From contig MPNM01000003.1 in the NCBI GenBank assembly GCA_002239025.1, positions 39,959-103,958 on the forward strand: a stretch of DNA of 64,000 bases, written 5' to 3'. Of this stretch, positions 47,657 through 57,747 are shown piece after piece. Positions within the stretch are counted from its first letter, which is position 1. Each line of letters begins with the position of its first letter. A program made the position numbers and the translations under genes. The notes under the pieces were generated by a model, which worked only from the letters and a program-made list of their open reading frames with translations, had not been told where the DNA came from and did no database searches. This stretch comes from Chloroflexi bacterium bin125. GTDB lineage: Bacteria; Chloroflexota; Dehalococcoidia; Bin125.

Positions 47657-50600
47657 AGTGGTCCCCGTGGATCCATCGCAGCCAGGGTGGCTGGCGCAAC
47701 GGCAGCGACGGCCCGCACGACGTGCCGCCGTCGGATGAAGGTCGCTCCGGCGAACTTGGTCCGCCGCCGCCGGTCTTCCGCGAGGGACTCGGTGGAGGCG
47801 GCGGCGCTGGCGCCGACGAGCCGCCTCCATACACGGCTGCCGAGGGCCAGCCACCTGAGGACAACCGCACCTGGCCACGCGTCGTCGTCGCCGGCGTCGC
47901 CCTGCTGGTGCTGCTGATCCTGCTCAATATCGGCATCGATATCTACGTTGATCGACTCTGGTTCGACAACGTCGGTTACCGCGGCGTGTTCGACCTCCGC
48001 ATCGTGACGCAAGTCTGGCTGTTCGTTGCCGGCGCAGGAATATCGTTGCTGGTGCTGGGCCTGTCCTATGCGGTCGCCTGGCGTATGCCCGTCGAGGCGA
48101 TGGCGCCGGTGGTTGACGATCCTCGACTGACACGCGTGATTCACATCATCGCCGCTGTGGCGATGATTCTCCTGGCGATCATCTTCGGTTCGGTGGCCGC
48201 AGGGCAATGGGAGCTCATCCTCCAGTATCTGAACGCCAAACCGTTCGGCTCGACAGACCCGCAGTTTGGCAAGGACCTCGGCTTCTACATCTTCGAGCTC
48301 GAAGCGCTTCAGTTCATGAAGGGCTGGGCGACCGGCCTGGCGATCATGACGATGCTCTCCACGGCCGCGACCTACGGCGTGCGGCTGATGATGCATCACG
48401 GCAACGCCCAGTCAACCCTCGGCGTGCGCATCCACCTGGCACTCACCATCGCGGTAGTCATGGCGCTGTTCGTCTGGAGCTACTGGCTGGCTCGCTTCGA
48501 ACTGGCGTTGAGCCCTAGTGGATTCGTCTACGGTGCGACGTTTACCGACGACACCATCCGCTCACCAGTCCAAATCGTCAAGATGGTCGCGGCAATCATC
48601 GTCATCCTGGGCGTGCTGTCGTGGCCGTTCCACGAGCGGCTGCGATTTGCGATCGGTCCGATCGCGGCCCTGATTCTGGTCTCGATCGTCGGTGGCGCAA
48701 TCCTGCCGGCTGCAATTCAGCGATTCACAGTTGAGCCGAACGAGCTCGAACGCGAGACGCCGTACATCGAGCGCAACATCGCCGCGACACGGGCCGCATT
48801 CGCGCTGGACGAGATCGAGGAGCGCGAATTCAACGCAGACGATGCCGTTGATGAAGGTGATCTACAACTCAATCCCGAGGCGTTGCTCAACGTCCGCCTT
48901 TGGGACCACCGTCCGCTGAACGACACGCTGAACACCATCCAGACCATTCGACCGCTGTACGTGTATCCGGATGTCGATGTCGACCGCTACATGGTGGGCG
49001 GCGAGGAGCATCAGGTCTTCCTGGCTGCGCGTGAGCTTTCCCAGGCGAATTTGCAGTCGACGCAGCAGGGATGGGTCAACCGCCGCCTGCAGTTCACGCA
49101 CGGTTTCGGTGTAGTGATGACACCGGTCGATGAGGTGTCGCCGGCGGGTGAGCCAGTCTTCTGGGTCTCTAACATTCCCCCGGAAGTGATCGAAGAGACG
49201 TCGTCGGGGCCGATCGACCTGGAGATCGTGGAGCCGAGGATCTACTACGGCGAAGTCACCGACGCCTACATCATCGCCAACAGCCGCACAGAAGAGTTTG
49301 ACTATCCGCTCAGCGGTGATGACTCGACAGGTGAACTGGATCAGGCGACGACCCGATACTCGGGTCTGGGCGGGATCGAGCTGGGCGGGCTCTTCCGTCG
49401 CCTGGCATTCGCCTGGTCGTTTGGCGACGCCAACATCCTGATTTCGGGTTCCGTCGATGGCGACAGCCGGATCCTCTTCCGTCGACTGATCCAGGAGCGC
49501 GTGAATGAACTTGCTCCATTCCTACAGCTTGACGCCGACCCGTACATCGTTGTTGGTGAAGACGGCCACCTGTACTGGATCCAGGATGCTTACACGGTCA
49601 CCGATCGGTACCCGTACTCGCAGCCTCATGGCGTTGGCTACAACTACGTTCGCAACTCGGTCAAAGCGGTGATCGACGCCTACAACGGCTCGGTTGACTT
49701 GTACATCGTCGACGACAGCGATCCGATCATCCAGGTCTGGCAGGACATCTTCCCCGAGCTGTTCAAGCCGGCCGATGAGTTCCCGCTCGACCTCCAGCAG
49801 CATTGGCGTTACCCGCAGGACTACTTCCAGATCCAGGCGGACCAGTACCTCACGTATCACATCGAGTCGGCGCGCGGCCTGTTCAACCGCGAGGACCTCT
49901 GGGCGATCCCACAGGAACTGCTGCGCCAGCAGGAGATTGCGGTTGAGCCTTACTACGTGACGCTGCGCCTCCCCGATCAGCCGGAGCCCGAGTTCCTGCT
50001 GATCCTGCCATTCACGCCTCGCAACCGACTGAACTCGATCGCATGGATGGCCGGTCGCTCCGACGGAGAGAACTACGGCAAGTTATTCGCATTCCGCTTC
50101 CCGTCTAACAAGAACGTCGACGGTCCGAAACAGATTGAAAACCGAATCGACCAGGACGTTGCTGTGTCCCGACAGTTCACGCTCCTGGGCCAGCAGGGCT
50201 CGGAGGTGATCAGAGGCAACCTCCTGTTCATCCCGGTCGGCGACTCGTACGTGTACGTCGAACCGATCTACCTGCAAGCCGATACCGGACGCTACCCACA
50301 GCTCAAGGGGGTGATCGTCGTCAACGGCGACCGCATTGCCTTCGAGGACACGTTTGTCAACGCGGTGCAGGTTGCGTTGGGTAACCGTGCGGCCCAGGGT
50401 CTGTCCTTCCTCGGCGACGTGCCTGGTCAGGCCGTAACGGAGGAAGCTGCCGAAGAGCCGGACGTCGAAGCCCAGCAAGCTCAGCAGGATCGACAGCCGG
50501 TGACACTGTCGGATGATGCGGCAGAACTCACAGCACAAGCCCAAGAGGCCTTCGAGGAAGCGCTGGAGAAGCAGCGCGAAGGAGACTGGGCCGGCTACGG

Positions 50601-50658
50601 CGAAGCGCTTGATCGGCTGGGCCTGATCCTCGAGCGGCTAGCGGAGTCGTCGGAGTAG
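47653..50658 (+). CDS. UPF0182 family membrane protein
   Basis: DPQFGKDLGFY, NVRLWD, PRIYYGE, NYVRNSVK; ATGA overlap with argB. Confidence 0.93.
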   Translation: MKWSPWIHRSQGGWRNGSDGPHDVPPSDEGRSGELGPPPPVFREGLGGGGGAGADEPPPYTAAEGQPPEDNRTWPRVVVAGVALLVLLILLNIGIDIYVDRLWFDNVGYRGVFDLRIVTQVWLFVAGAGISLLVLGLSYAVAWRMPVEAMAPVVDDPRLTRVIHIIAAVAMILLAIIFGSVAAGQWELILQYLNAKPFGSTDPQFGKDLGFYIFELEALQFMKGWATGLAIMTMLSTAATYGVRLMMHHGNAQSTLGVRIHLALTIAVVMALFVWSYWLARFELALSPSGFVYGATFTDDTIRSPVQIVKMVAAIIVILGVLSWPFHERLRFAIGPIAALILVSIVGGAILPAAIQRFTVEPNELERETPYIERNIAATRAAFALDEIEEREFNADDAVDEGDLQLNPEALLNVRLWDHRPLNDTLNTIQTIRPLYVYPDVDVDRYMVGGEEHQVFLAARELSQANLQSTQQGWVNRRLQFTHGFGVVMTPVDEVSPAGEPVFWVSNIPPEVIEETSSGPIDLEIVEPRIYYGEVTDAYIIANSRTEEFDYPLSGDDSTGELDQATTRYSGLGGIELGGLFRRLAFAWSFGDANILISGSVDGDSRILFRRLIQERVNELAPFLQLDADPYIVVGEDGHLYWIQDAYTVTDRYPYSQPHGVGYNYVRNSVKAVIDAYNGSVDLYIVDDSDPIIQVWQDIFPELFKPADEFPLDLQQHWRYPQDYFQIQADQYLTYHIESARGLFNREDLWAIPQELLRQQEIAVEPYYVTLRLPDQPEPEFLLILPFTPRNRLNSIAWMAGRSDGENYGKLFAFRFPSNKNVDGPKQIENRIDQDVAVSRQFTLLGQQGSEVIRGNLLFIPVGDSYVYVEPIYLQADTGRYPQLKGVIVVNGDRIAFEDTFVNAVQVALGNRAAQGLSFLGDVPGQAVTEEAAEEPDVEAQQAQQDRQPVTLSDDAAELTAQAQEAFEEALEKQREGDWAGYGEALDRLGLILERLAESSE

Positions 50659-50774
50659 ACGACCGCTGTTTCCGCTTCCCCTCGCAGGGGGAGCTGCCAC
50701 AGGCTGGGGGGGTCTCTTCCCTCTAACGCCAAACTTCAAGCCGTGGACTCCATCCTCGTCATTCCCGCAACAAG

Positions 50775-50947
50775 GAGACCTTCGAAAAACTCCCCTTCTC
50801 CCCCCTTGCGGGGGAGATGCCGAAGGCAGAGGGGGGTCCTGTCCGCAGCTACTATCTGGTACTCACCGACCGCTCCACCTCTGTCACTCCGTGACATCTC
50901 GCCCCGCAAGGGGGGGAGATGGGATTCGGGGCTTGTTCAAGGGTCTC
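50775..50947. mobile_element. MITE with GAGACC...GGTCTC termini inserted in a family B palindrome, carrying a family A doublet
   Basis: CAACAAG|GAGACCTTCGAAAAACTCCCC ... GGGGCTTGTTCAAGGGTCTC|CAACAAG. Confidence 0.78.
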
Positions 50948-51101
50948 CAACAAGCGCGGGTATGACGGGCCTACTTGCGGGAACTTGGCTCTCTTTCAAT
51001 CGTCTCATTGCGAGCGCTATCGGTTTCATAGACGCCTGACAATCGCTCGCGTAGTCTGAATCGGATTGAGTCTCCCTGTCGGGGTAACCGGAGTGACGAA
51101 T

Positions 51102-52286
51102 ATGCCCACCACTGCTGAGCGCGAGTCTGCTGTCTTCATGATGTCGGCGGGCCGTTTGCCCGTCACGCTGGTGCGTGGTGAGGGCACGAAGGTCTGGGAT
51201 GACGAAGGCAACGAGTATCTCGACTTCGTCGCTGGTATTGCTTCCGACAACCTCGGTCACTGCCATCCGCGTGTCGTCGAGGCGCTCAAGCAACAGGCCG
51301 AGACGCTACTGCACGTATCCAACTACTTCTACACGATTCCCCAGCTCGATCTGGCCGACATGGTGCTCGAGCAGTCGGGTATGACCCGCATCTTCTTCTG
51401 CAACAGCGGCGCAGAAGCAACCGAGGGCGCGATCAAAATCGGCCGTAAGTGGGGCCAGACGCGGCGCGACGGGGCCTCGGAGATCATCGTCATGGACGAG
51501 GCCTTCCACGGCCGGACTCTGGCCTCGGTCAATGCGTCCGGCAATCCTCGCTACCGCGAGCCGTTTGGCCCGCTCGACGGATTCCGGCACGTGCCATTCA
51601 ATGATGTCGGTGCGGTGCGCGATGCCGTTGGTCCCGAGACGGCCGCAATCCTGGTCGAGCCGCTGCAGGGTGAGGGCGGAGTCAATGTCGCCGACGACGG
51701 CTACCTGACCGCCCTCCGCGCCATTTGCGACGAACATAACCTGCTGCTGATGCTGGACGAGGTCCAGACCGGAATCGGTCGGACGGGCAAACTGTTTGCC
51801 TGGCAGCACGAGGATGTACAGCCCGACGTGATGGCCCTGGCCAAGGGTCTGGGCAGCGGCGTGCCGATTGGCGCGATCGTCGCCAACGAGCGTGGCGACA
51901 TTCTTGAGCCCGGCGACCACGGCACGACGTTTGGCGGTCAGCCGTTCACCACGGCGGTCGCCCTGGAGACGCTTCGCGTCATTGTCGACGAGGACATTCC
52001 CGCGCAAGCTGAGGCTCGCGGCGCACAGTTGACATCGGGCATTCGCGCGTTGGAGGATCGGCATCCGTTGATCGACCACGTGCGCGGCAAGGGCCTGTTA
52101 ATCGCGGTGCAATTGAGCGCCGACGTTGGTCCGGCGCTGGTGACGGCGATCCGCGACCGCGGTCTGCTTTGCAACGTGGTCAAGCCGAATGTGCTGCGAC
52201 TGGTGCCGCCGCTGACGATCTCGGAGGACGAGATCGACCAGGCGATCGGCATCATTGACGACGCGCTGGCGTCAATCTCGGAGTAA
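51102..52286 (+). CDS. argD: Acetylornithine aminotransferase
   Basis: NSGAEA, FHGRT, DEVQTGIGRTG, AKGLG, HGTTFGG. Confidence 0.95.
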   Translation: MPTTAERESAVFMMSAGRLPVTLVRGEGTKVWDDEGNEYLDFVAGIASDNLGHCHPRVVEALKQQAETLLHVSNYFYTIPQLDLADMVLEQSGMTRIFFCNSGAEATEGAIKIGRKWGQTRRDGASEIIVMDEAFHGRTLASVNASGNPRYREPFGPLDGFRHVPFNDVGAVRDAVGPETAAILVEPLQGEGGVNVADDGYLTALRAICDEHNLLLMLDEVQTGIGRTGKLFAWQHEDVQPDVMALAKGLGSGVPIGAIVANERGDILEPGDHGTTFGGQPFTTAVALETLRVIVDEDIPAQAEARGAQLTSGIRALEDRHPLIDHVRGKGLLIAVQLSADVGPALVTAIRDRGLLCNVVKPNVLRLVPPLTISEDEIDQAIGIIDDALASISE

Positions 52287-52324
52287 TCCTTACAACACCA
52301 ACTAGAACCGGACAGGAGACCCGG

Positions 52325-53578
52325 GTGGCGAAACGAACAGATGAGAAGCGTGTGGTGCTGGCCTACTCGGGTGGGCTGGATACGTCGGTGGTGACGCGTT
52401 GGCTGACCGAGCGCGGTTGGGAAGTCGTCTGCATGACAGCCGACATGGGCTATCTCGAGGCCGACGAAGAGTTGGAATCGCGTGCCTATGCCGCCGGTGC
52501 GGTTGGCTTCGAAATGCTCGATCTGCGCGAGGACTTTGCCCAGGCATTCTGCTTCCCGGCGCTGATGGCCGGCGCGTTGTACGAAGGTCGCTACCCGCTA
52601 GCCACGGCGCTGGCGCGTCCCTTGATTGCCAAGGCGCTCGTTGACGTCGCACGCCAGCACAACGCGACGGCGGTGGCACACGGTTGCACGGGCAAGGGCA
52701 ACGATCAGGTCCGGTTCGATGTGTCGGTTCAGGCGCTGGCGCCGGACTTGCGCATTCTCGCTCCCGTCCGCGAATGGGAACTGACGACGCGCGAGTCCGA
52801 GATCGTCTACGCCCAGGCGCACAGCATTCCGATCACGGTGAGCGTTGAGAAACAGTACTCAACCGACGAGAACCTCTGGGGTCGGTCGATCGAGGCCGGT
52901 CCGTTGGAGGATCCGTGGACCGAGCCGCCCGACAATGTTTGGGAATGGACGGTCAATCCGGAAGATGCTCCAGACGAGCCGACGTACCTCGAGATTGGCT
53001 TCGAGCATGGCCGACCTGTCTCGTTGGACGGCGAAGCGCTCGATTCTGTCACATTGATCAGCCGCGTTCACGATGTCGCCGGGGCCAACGGCGTTGGCCG
53101 GATCGACATGGTGGAAGACCGACTCGTCGGCATCAAGTCCCGTGAGGTCTATGAGGCGCCGGCAGCGACGACGCTGCGCATCGCGCACCAGGCGCTCGAG
53201 ACGCTGACCCTCTCCAAGAGCCAGATCCGGCTCAAGCATCGACTGATGCAGGACTACGCGGATCTGATTTACGACGGCCTCTGGTTCACGGGCACGCACC
53301 AGGACCTTGCCGCGTTTACCGCCTCGATGCAGCGCCATGTGACCGGCACGTCGCGGGTCAAGCTGTACAAGGGCCAGGCCGTCGTTGTTGGCGTCGAGAG
53401 TCCGAACAGCCTCTACCAGTACTCGCTGGCGACCTACGACGAGGGTGACGTATTCGACCAGACATCGGCGGTTGGATTCATCGACATCTTCGGCCTGCCG
53501 GTGCGTGTTCAGGCAGAGAAGCAGTTGCTCCGACAACCGGGCGGCGTCTTGGACGTATCATCGGGACACACGTCGTAA
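52325..53578 (+). CDS. argG: Argininosuccinate synthase
   Basis: LAYSGGLDTS, HGCTGKGNDQVRF, GIKSRE.YE. Confidence 0.97.
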   Translation: MAKRTDEKRVVLAYSGGLDTSVVTRWLTERGWEVVCMTADMGYLEADEELESRAYAAGAVGFEMLDLREDFAQAFCFPALMAGALYEGRYPLATALARPLIAKALVDVARQHNATAVAHGCTGKGNDQVRFDVSVQALAPDLRILAPVREWELTTRESEIVYAQAHSIPITVSVEKQYSTDENLWGRSIEAGPLEDPWTEPPDNVWEWTVNPEDAPDEPTYLEIGFEHGRPVSLDGEALDSVTLISRVHDVAGANGVGRIDMVEDRLVGIKSREVYEAPAATTLRIAHQALETLTLSKSQIRLKHRLMQDYADLIYDGLWFTGTHQDLAAFTASMQRHVTGTSRVKLYKGQAVVVGVESPNSLYQYSLATYDEGDVFDQTSAVGFIDIFGLPVRVQAEKQLLRQPGGVLDVSSGHTS

Positions 53579-53651
53579 CCGATCGACCGATGGCCACCTC
53601 GGTGCGCACACGAGTCGGTAGGAGACATGTTGACCAGATTGGATATGGGCG

Positions 53652-54011
53652 ATGACGACCAACGCCTCTAACAATGAGATCGCAGTCGAATACGAAGCGG
53701 CTGTACCCACGGCCGGCGGTCCCGACGCTGCGGACTTCCAGATCCGTCGGCCCGGGCATGCAACGCTGGAGTGCGCCCTATATCTCGCGCTGGACGCAAA
53801 GCAGGCGTTTGAGGCGCTCTGCGGTCCACTCTCCGAGGATCAGATACAGCTCGTGATTCGCGCGCTGGCCGACGGCATCTACCCCGCGCAGATTGCAGAG
53901 CTCGGTGAGCCGGCGGCGATCTGGACGATTCGCGCTCGTGAGCTGTCGGCAGAGCAACTCGACGCAGCGATCAGCGCCGCGGGTCTGACGAAGCTGCCGA
54001 CGGACGAATAG
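53652..54011 (+). CDS. Hypothetical protein
   Basis: 119-aa ORF with host-like codon usage between argG and argH. Confidence 0.7.
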   Translation: MTTNASNNEIAVEYEAAVPTAGGPDAADFQIRRPGHATLECALYLALDAKQAFEALCGPLSEDQIQLVIRALADGIYPAQIAELGEPAAIWTIRARELSAEQLDAAISAAGLTKLPTDE

Positions 54012-54056
54012 GGCGGTATCTCTGCCGACGGAAGTGGCGACAACCATGCATAACCC

Positions 54057-54183
54057 GCTCGCCCTCGCATGGGGAGCTGTCGCGAAGCGACTGAGGGGGT
54101 CCCTCGGTGCGTGACGAGCAAATGCGAGCGAGCCGGGCGGGAACCCCTCCGCCTTCGGCACCTCCCCCTGCAAGGGGGAGGGA
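54057..54183. repeat. Family A palindromic doublet
   Basis: GGGGAGCTGTCGCGAAGCGACTGAGGGG ... GCCTTCGGCACCTCCCCCTGCAAGGGGGAG. Confidence 0.8.
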
Positions 54184-54201
54184 GAACTGAATTGCAGGCG
54201 T

Positions 54202-55737
54202 ATGACTGACGCGAGCGACACTGGCGAGGCTGAGTCGCAGCGGCTCTGGGGCGGACGCTTCGAGGAAGCGCCCGACGCACTAGTCCAGGCCTATACCTCG
54301 TCGATTCAAACCGACCTCCTGCTGTTCCGACACGACATCGCCGGATCGCGCGCGCACGCGCGGATGCTGGCGTCTCAGCGAATCATTGCCGCGGCCGACG
54401 CCGCGAAAATTATCGAAGGACTTGACCAGGTCGAGTCCGAGATCGAATCAGGCGGATTCGAGATCAACCACGAACTCGAAGATATCCACACGCATGTCGA
54501 GGCACGGCTGAGCCAGATCATCGGTGCCGCCGCCGCCGGCCGGCTGCACACGGCGCGCTCGCGCAACGACCAGGTCGCTCTTGACACGCGGATGTTCGTC
54601 CGCGACGCGATCGTGCAGGCGGTTGGAGCGGTGCGCGGCTTGCAGGCGTCGCTGATCGAACTGTCCGAACGGTCGTTGGATGTCTACCTGCCCGGCTATA
54701 CGCATTTGCAGCGAGCCCAGCCGGTGCTGCTGGCGCATCACTTGCTGGCCTACCTGGAAATGCTCGATCGCGACGCTGAGCGCCTGGTCGACTCCTTCGC
54801 GCGCGCCGACATCATGCCGCTTGGCAGCGCGGCGCTTGCCGGTGCTGCTTATCCGCTCGACCGACAGGCCGTCGCTGATGAGCTCGGGTTTGAATCAATC
54901 TCCCGCAACAGCATGGATGCCGTGTCGTCGCGCGACTACATCGTCGAGTTCCTGTCCAATGCCGCTATCTGCATGGTCAATATTTCGCGCCTATGCGAGG
55001 ACGTAATCCTTTGGAGCTCGGCCGAGTTTGGCGTCCTGCAGTTCGGTGACGCCTTTACGACCGGCTCGTCGATCATGCCGCAGAAGCGCAACCCCGATGT
55101 CGCCGAGCTGGCGCGCGGCCGCAGTGGCAAGGTCGTGGGTCACCTGACCGCGATCCTGACAACCCTCAAGGGTCTGCCGCTCGCCTACAACCGCGACCTG
55201 CAAGAAGACAAATCTGGCCTGTTTGATACCGCTGAGAATCTGATCGGCACATTACACGTTCTCGCTCGTGCGCTGCTGACGGCGCAAGTCGATGGCGCTC
55301 GTGCGCGAGCAATGGTGGACGACGATCCGTTCATTCTTGCCACGGACTACGCCGACTACATCACACGCAAAGGTGTCCCGTTCCGCGAGGCGCATGGCGT
55401 GGTCGGACGCCTGGTCCGAACCTGCGAACAGCGCGGCTGCAAGTTGTCGGAGTTGACGCTGGAAGACTTGCAAGCCGAGCATGCTGCGTTCGAGTCCGAC
55501 GCGGTCGGAATGACCGCGCAGTTTGCGCTGGACTCGCGAAATGTCCCGGGCGGTACCGCGCCCCAACAGGTGCTAATGGCGCTCGATGAGGCGAAAGAAC
55601 GCCTGCAACTCAAGCCGGCCAACCAGCCGGAGACACCGGCTCAGGAGCCCACGTTGCCCACATTGGAGACGGGACTCAATCGGGCCCAGCGGCGAGCCGC
55701 CGAGCGCGCCGCGGCGAAACAACAGGGTCGACGATGA
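54202..55737 (+). CDS. argH: Argininosuccinate lyase
   Basis: LWGGRF, HTARSRNDQ, GSSIMPQKRNPD. Confidence 0.97.
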   Translation: MTDASDTGEAESQRLWGGRFEEAPDALVQAYTSSIQTDLLLFRHDIAGSRAHARMLASQRIIAAADAAKIIEGLDQVESEIESGGFEINHELEDIHTHVEARLSQIIGAAAAGRLHTARSRNDQVALDTRMFVRDAIVQAVGAVRGLQASLIELSERSLDVYLPGYTHLQRAQPVLLAHHLLAYLEMLDRDAERLVDSFARADIMPLGSAALAGAAYPLDRQAVADELGFESISRNSMDAVSSRDYIVEFLSNAAICMVNISRLCEDVILWSSAEFGVLQFGDAFTTGSSIMPQKRNPDVAELARGRSGKVVGHLTAILTTLKGLPLAYNRDLQEDKSGLFDTAENLIGTLHVLARALLTAQVDGARARAMVDDDPFILATDYADYITRKGVPFREAHGVVGRLVRTCEQRGCKLSELTLEDLQAEHAAFESDAVGMTAQFALDSRNVPGGTAPQQVLMALDEAKERLQLKPANQPETPAQEPTLPTLETGLNRAQRRAAERAAAKQQGRR

Positions 55738-56435
55738 CCACAACGACACACAAGTCGAGTCAGTCGGTTGCGATTGCCCCATCAATCTTGAACGCCGATT
55801 GGACGCGCTTGGCGGAGCAGATCGCCGACGCCGAAGCAGCCGGCGTCGATTGGATTTCGCTCGACGTAATGGACGGCAACTTCGTGCCGCCGATCACCTT
55901 CGGCGCGCAAATGGCTTCTGCCGTGCGTTCGTTGACGTACTTGCCGATCGAGGCGCATCTGATGGTCGAGCATCCCGAAGATCACATCGGCGACTTCATC
56001 GCCGCCGGCGTCAACTGCGTGACCATTCACATCGAGTCGACGCGACATCCGCACCGGTTGCTGCAGCAGATTGCAGACGGTGGCGTAGAGGCGGGCGTGA
56101 CGCTCAATCCCGGCACGCCGCTGAGCGAGCTCGAAGCGGTCGTGCCGATCTGCGACCGGATCCAGATCATGAGCGTCAACCCCGGTTGGGGTGGTCAGAA
56201 GTTCATTCCGGAATCGCTGGATCGAATTCGGCAAGCGCGGGAGATGCTTGACGCCTGCGGCCGCGAGTCATCGCCAGTCGCCGTCGACGGTGGAGTGAAC
56301 GAGTCGACGATCGCCGCGATCGTGAACGCGGGGGCGACGTGGTTAGTAGCCGGCTCGGCCGTGTACAACGACCGAGAGTCGGTCGCGGACGCTGTGGCTC
56401 GCTTGCGTCGTGCTCTCGATGCGTTAGGTCGTTAG
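55734..56435 (+). CDS. rpe: Ribulose-phosphate 3-epimerase
   Basis: IAPSIL.AD, DVMDG.FVP, MSVNPG, VDGG. Confidence 0.95.
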   Translation: MTTTTHKSSQSVAIAPSILNADWTRLAEQIADAEAAGVDWISLDVMDGNFVPPITFGAQMASAVRSLTYLPIEAHLMVEHPEDHIGDFIAAGVNCVTIHIESTRHPHRLLQQIADGGVEAGVTLNPGTPLSELEAVVPICDRIQIMSVNPGWGGQKFIPESLDRIRQAREMLDACGRESSPVAVDGGVNESTIAAIVNAGATWLVAGSAVYNDRESVADAVARLRRALDALGR

Positions 56436-56452
56436 GCCACGTTCCTGGATCA

Positions 56453-56560
56453 ACCTCCCCCTCTGGGGGAGGTGTCACGAAGTGACGGAGAGGGCCGCCA
56501 TGTTGAGTGGGTCGTGCGCTGCGGCCCCCCAGCCTTCGGCAGCTACCCCAAAGGGGGAGC
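56453..56560. repeat. Family A palindromic doublet
   Basis: CCTCCCCCTCTGGGGGAGGTGTCACGAAGTGACGGAG left arm identical to the 24691 copy. Confidence 0.85.
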
Positions 56561-56578
56561 CCTGTTTCCAGACCAGCG

Positions 56579-57712
56579 CTACAACGGCTTCTCGTAGACG
56601 CGGTAGACCTTGTAGACCTCGGAATCGGTTCGTTTGAGGGCGTGGTTGAGCAGGTTGTTGTCCTCGAGCACCCAGCCGAGTTCGGCCCATTGATAGCCTC
56701 GCTCTGCGCCTCGCACGTGGACCTCGGCAGTCAACATTTGTCCGAGTTGAGCGAACTCTCGGATTCGCCATTTCTGGCGGACCCCGAGCAGCATCACGCG
56801 GCCGCTTTCCGGCTTGCGCTTCAGCCGCCAGAGCAGCTTGGCCCAGCCGAACGGGAAGAGCCGACCATCGATGTCTCGGGCACACTCGTTGAGGTTGGGA
56901 ATCGAAATGACCATGGCTGCCGGATCACCGTCGATCTCGACGATGGCCGTGAGATCGGGATCGGCGAATTGGACCAGGTCGGCCGCGAGCCGGTCGGCTT
57001 CCTCGGTCGTGATCGGGACCGAGCCCCAGTTGTCGACCCAGGCTTCGTTGAAGATGTCGGCAGCAATTCTGACATCACGGCGAAGCTGCTTCTTGTCGAA
57101 AGGTCTCACGGTGACGCGGGGATGGTCGTGGATGCGCTGCCAAGCACGTTGACGACGGTCGCCGAGCGGTGCGGCCACCGGATAGTGATACGCCCAGAGA
57201 TCCTTGACCTTGGTGTAGCCGTTGGCCTCGATCAGATCGGGGAACCATCGGCGTCCGTGAGGCATCGCGATCATCGGGGGCAGATCGAAGCCTTCGACCA
57301 AGCAGCCCGATTCATCGTTGATCGTAAAGTTGAACGGCCCGCGAGAGTAGATCGCGCCGCGCTGACGCAGCCAGGACTCAGCCGCCTCGAATAACGCGGC
57401 GGCGGCCTCAGAATCATTTGCGCAGTCGAAATGACCGAAGAAGCCAGCGGCTTCCTGCCACTTTTCGTCGTGCAGCGGGTTGAGCTGGGCCGAAATGCGG
57501 CCCACATCTCTGCCGTCGCGCTCGGCGACGAACAGTTGGGCCTGCCCGTAGCGTAGGAAGGGCGTCTTGTTCGGATCGAGACGCTCCATCTGGACGCGAC
57601 GCAGGGTCGGGATCCAGGTGGGGTCTCCCTCGTAGACGTTCCAGAGAACATCGACGAAGGGCAACGCCTGACGTCCGAACCCGATTTCTCGGATTCGGAC
57701 GCCGGGGTTCAT
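56579..57712 (-). CDS. YghO-like tandem GNAT-fold protein
   Basis: VGRISA, GFFGHFD, GCLVEGF, SIPNLN, ELGWVLEDN. Confidence 0.85.
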   Translation of the reverse strand: MNPGVRIREIGFGRQALPFVDVLWNVYEGDPTWIPTLRRVQMERLDPNKTPFLRYGQAQLFVAERDGRDVGRISAQLNPLHDEKWQEAAGFFGHFDCANDSEAAAALFEAAESWLRQRGAIYSRGPFNFTINDESGCLVEGFDLPPMIAMPHGRRWFPDLIEANGYTKVKDLWAYHYPVAAPLGDRRQRAWQRIHDHPRVTVRPFDKKQLRRDVRIAADIFNEAWVDNWGSVPITTEEADRLAADLVQFADPDLTAIVEIDGDPAAMVISIPNLNECARDIDGRLFPFGWAKLLWRLKRKPESGRVMLLGVRQKWRIREFAQLGQMLTAEVHVRGAERGYQWAELGWVLEDNNLLNHALKRTDSEVYKVYRVYEKPL

Positions 57713-57747
57713 GTCGCTATTGGGACGTGGTGTGCGCCGAACGAGCG

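Noticed and set aside
54186-54203. ARG box before argH
   Set aside because: Only a TGAAT half-site; no matching sites before other arg genes
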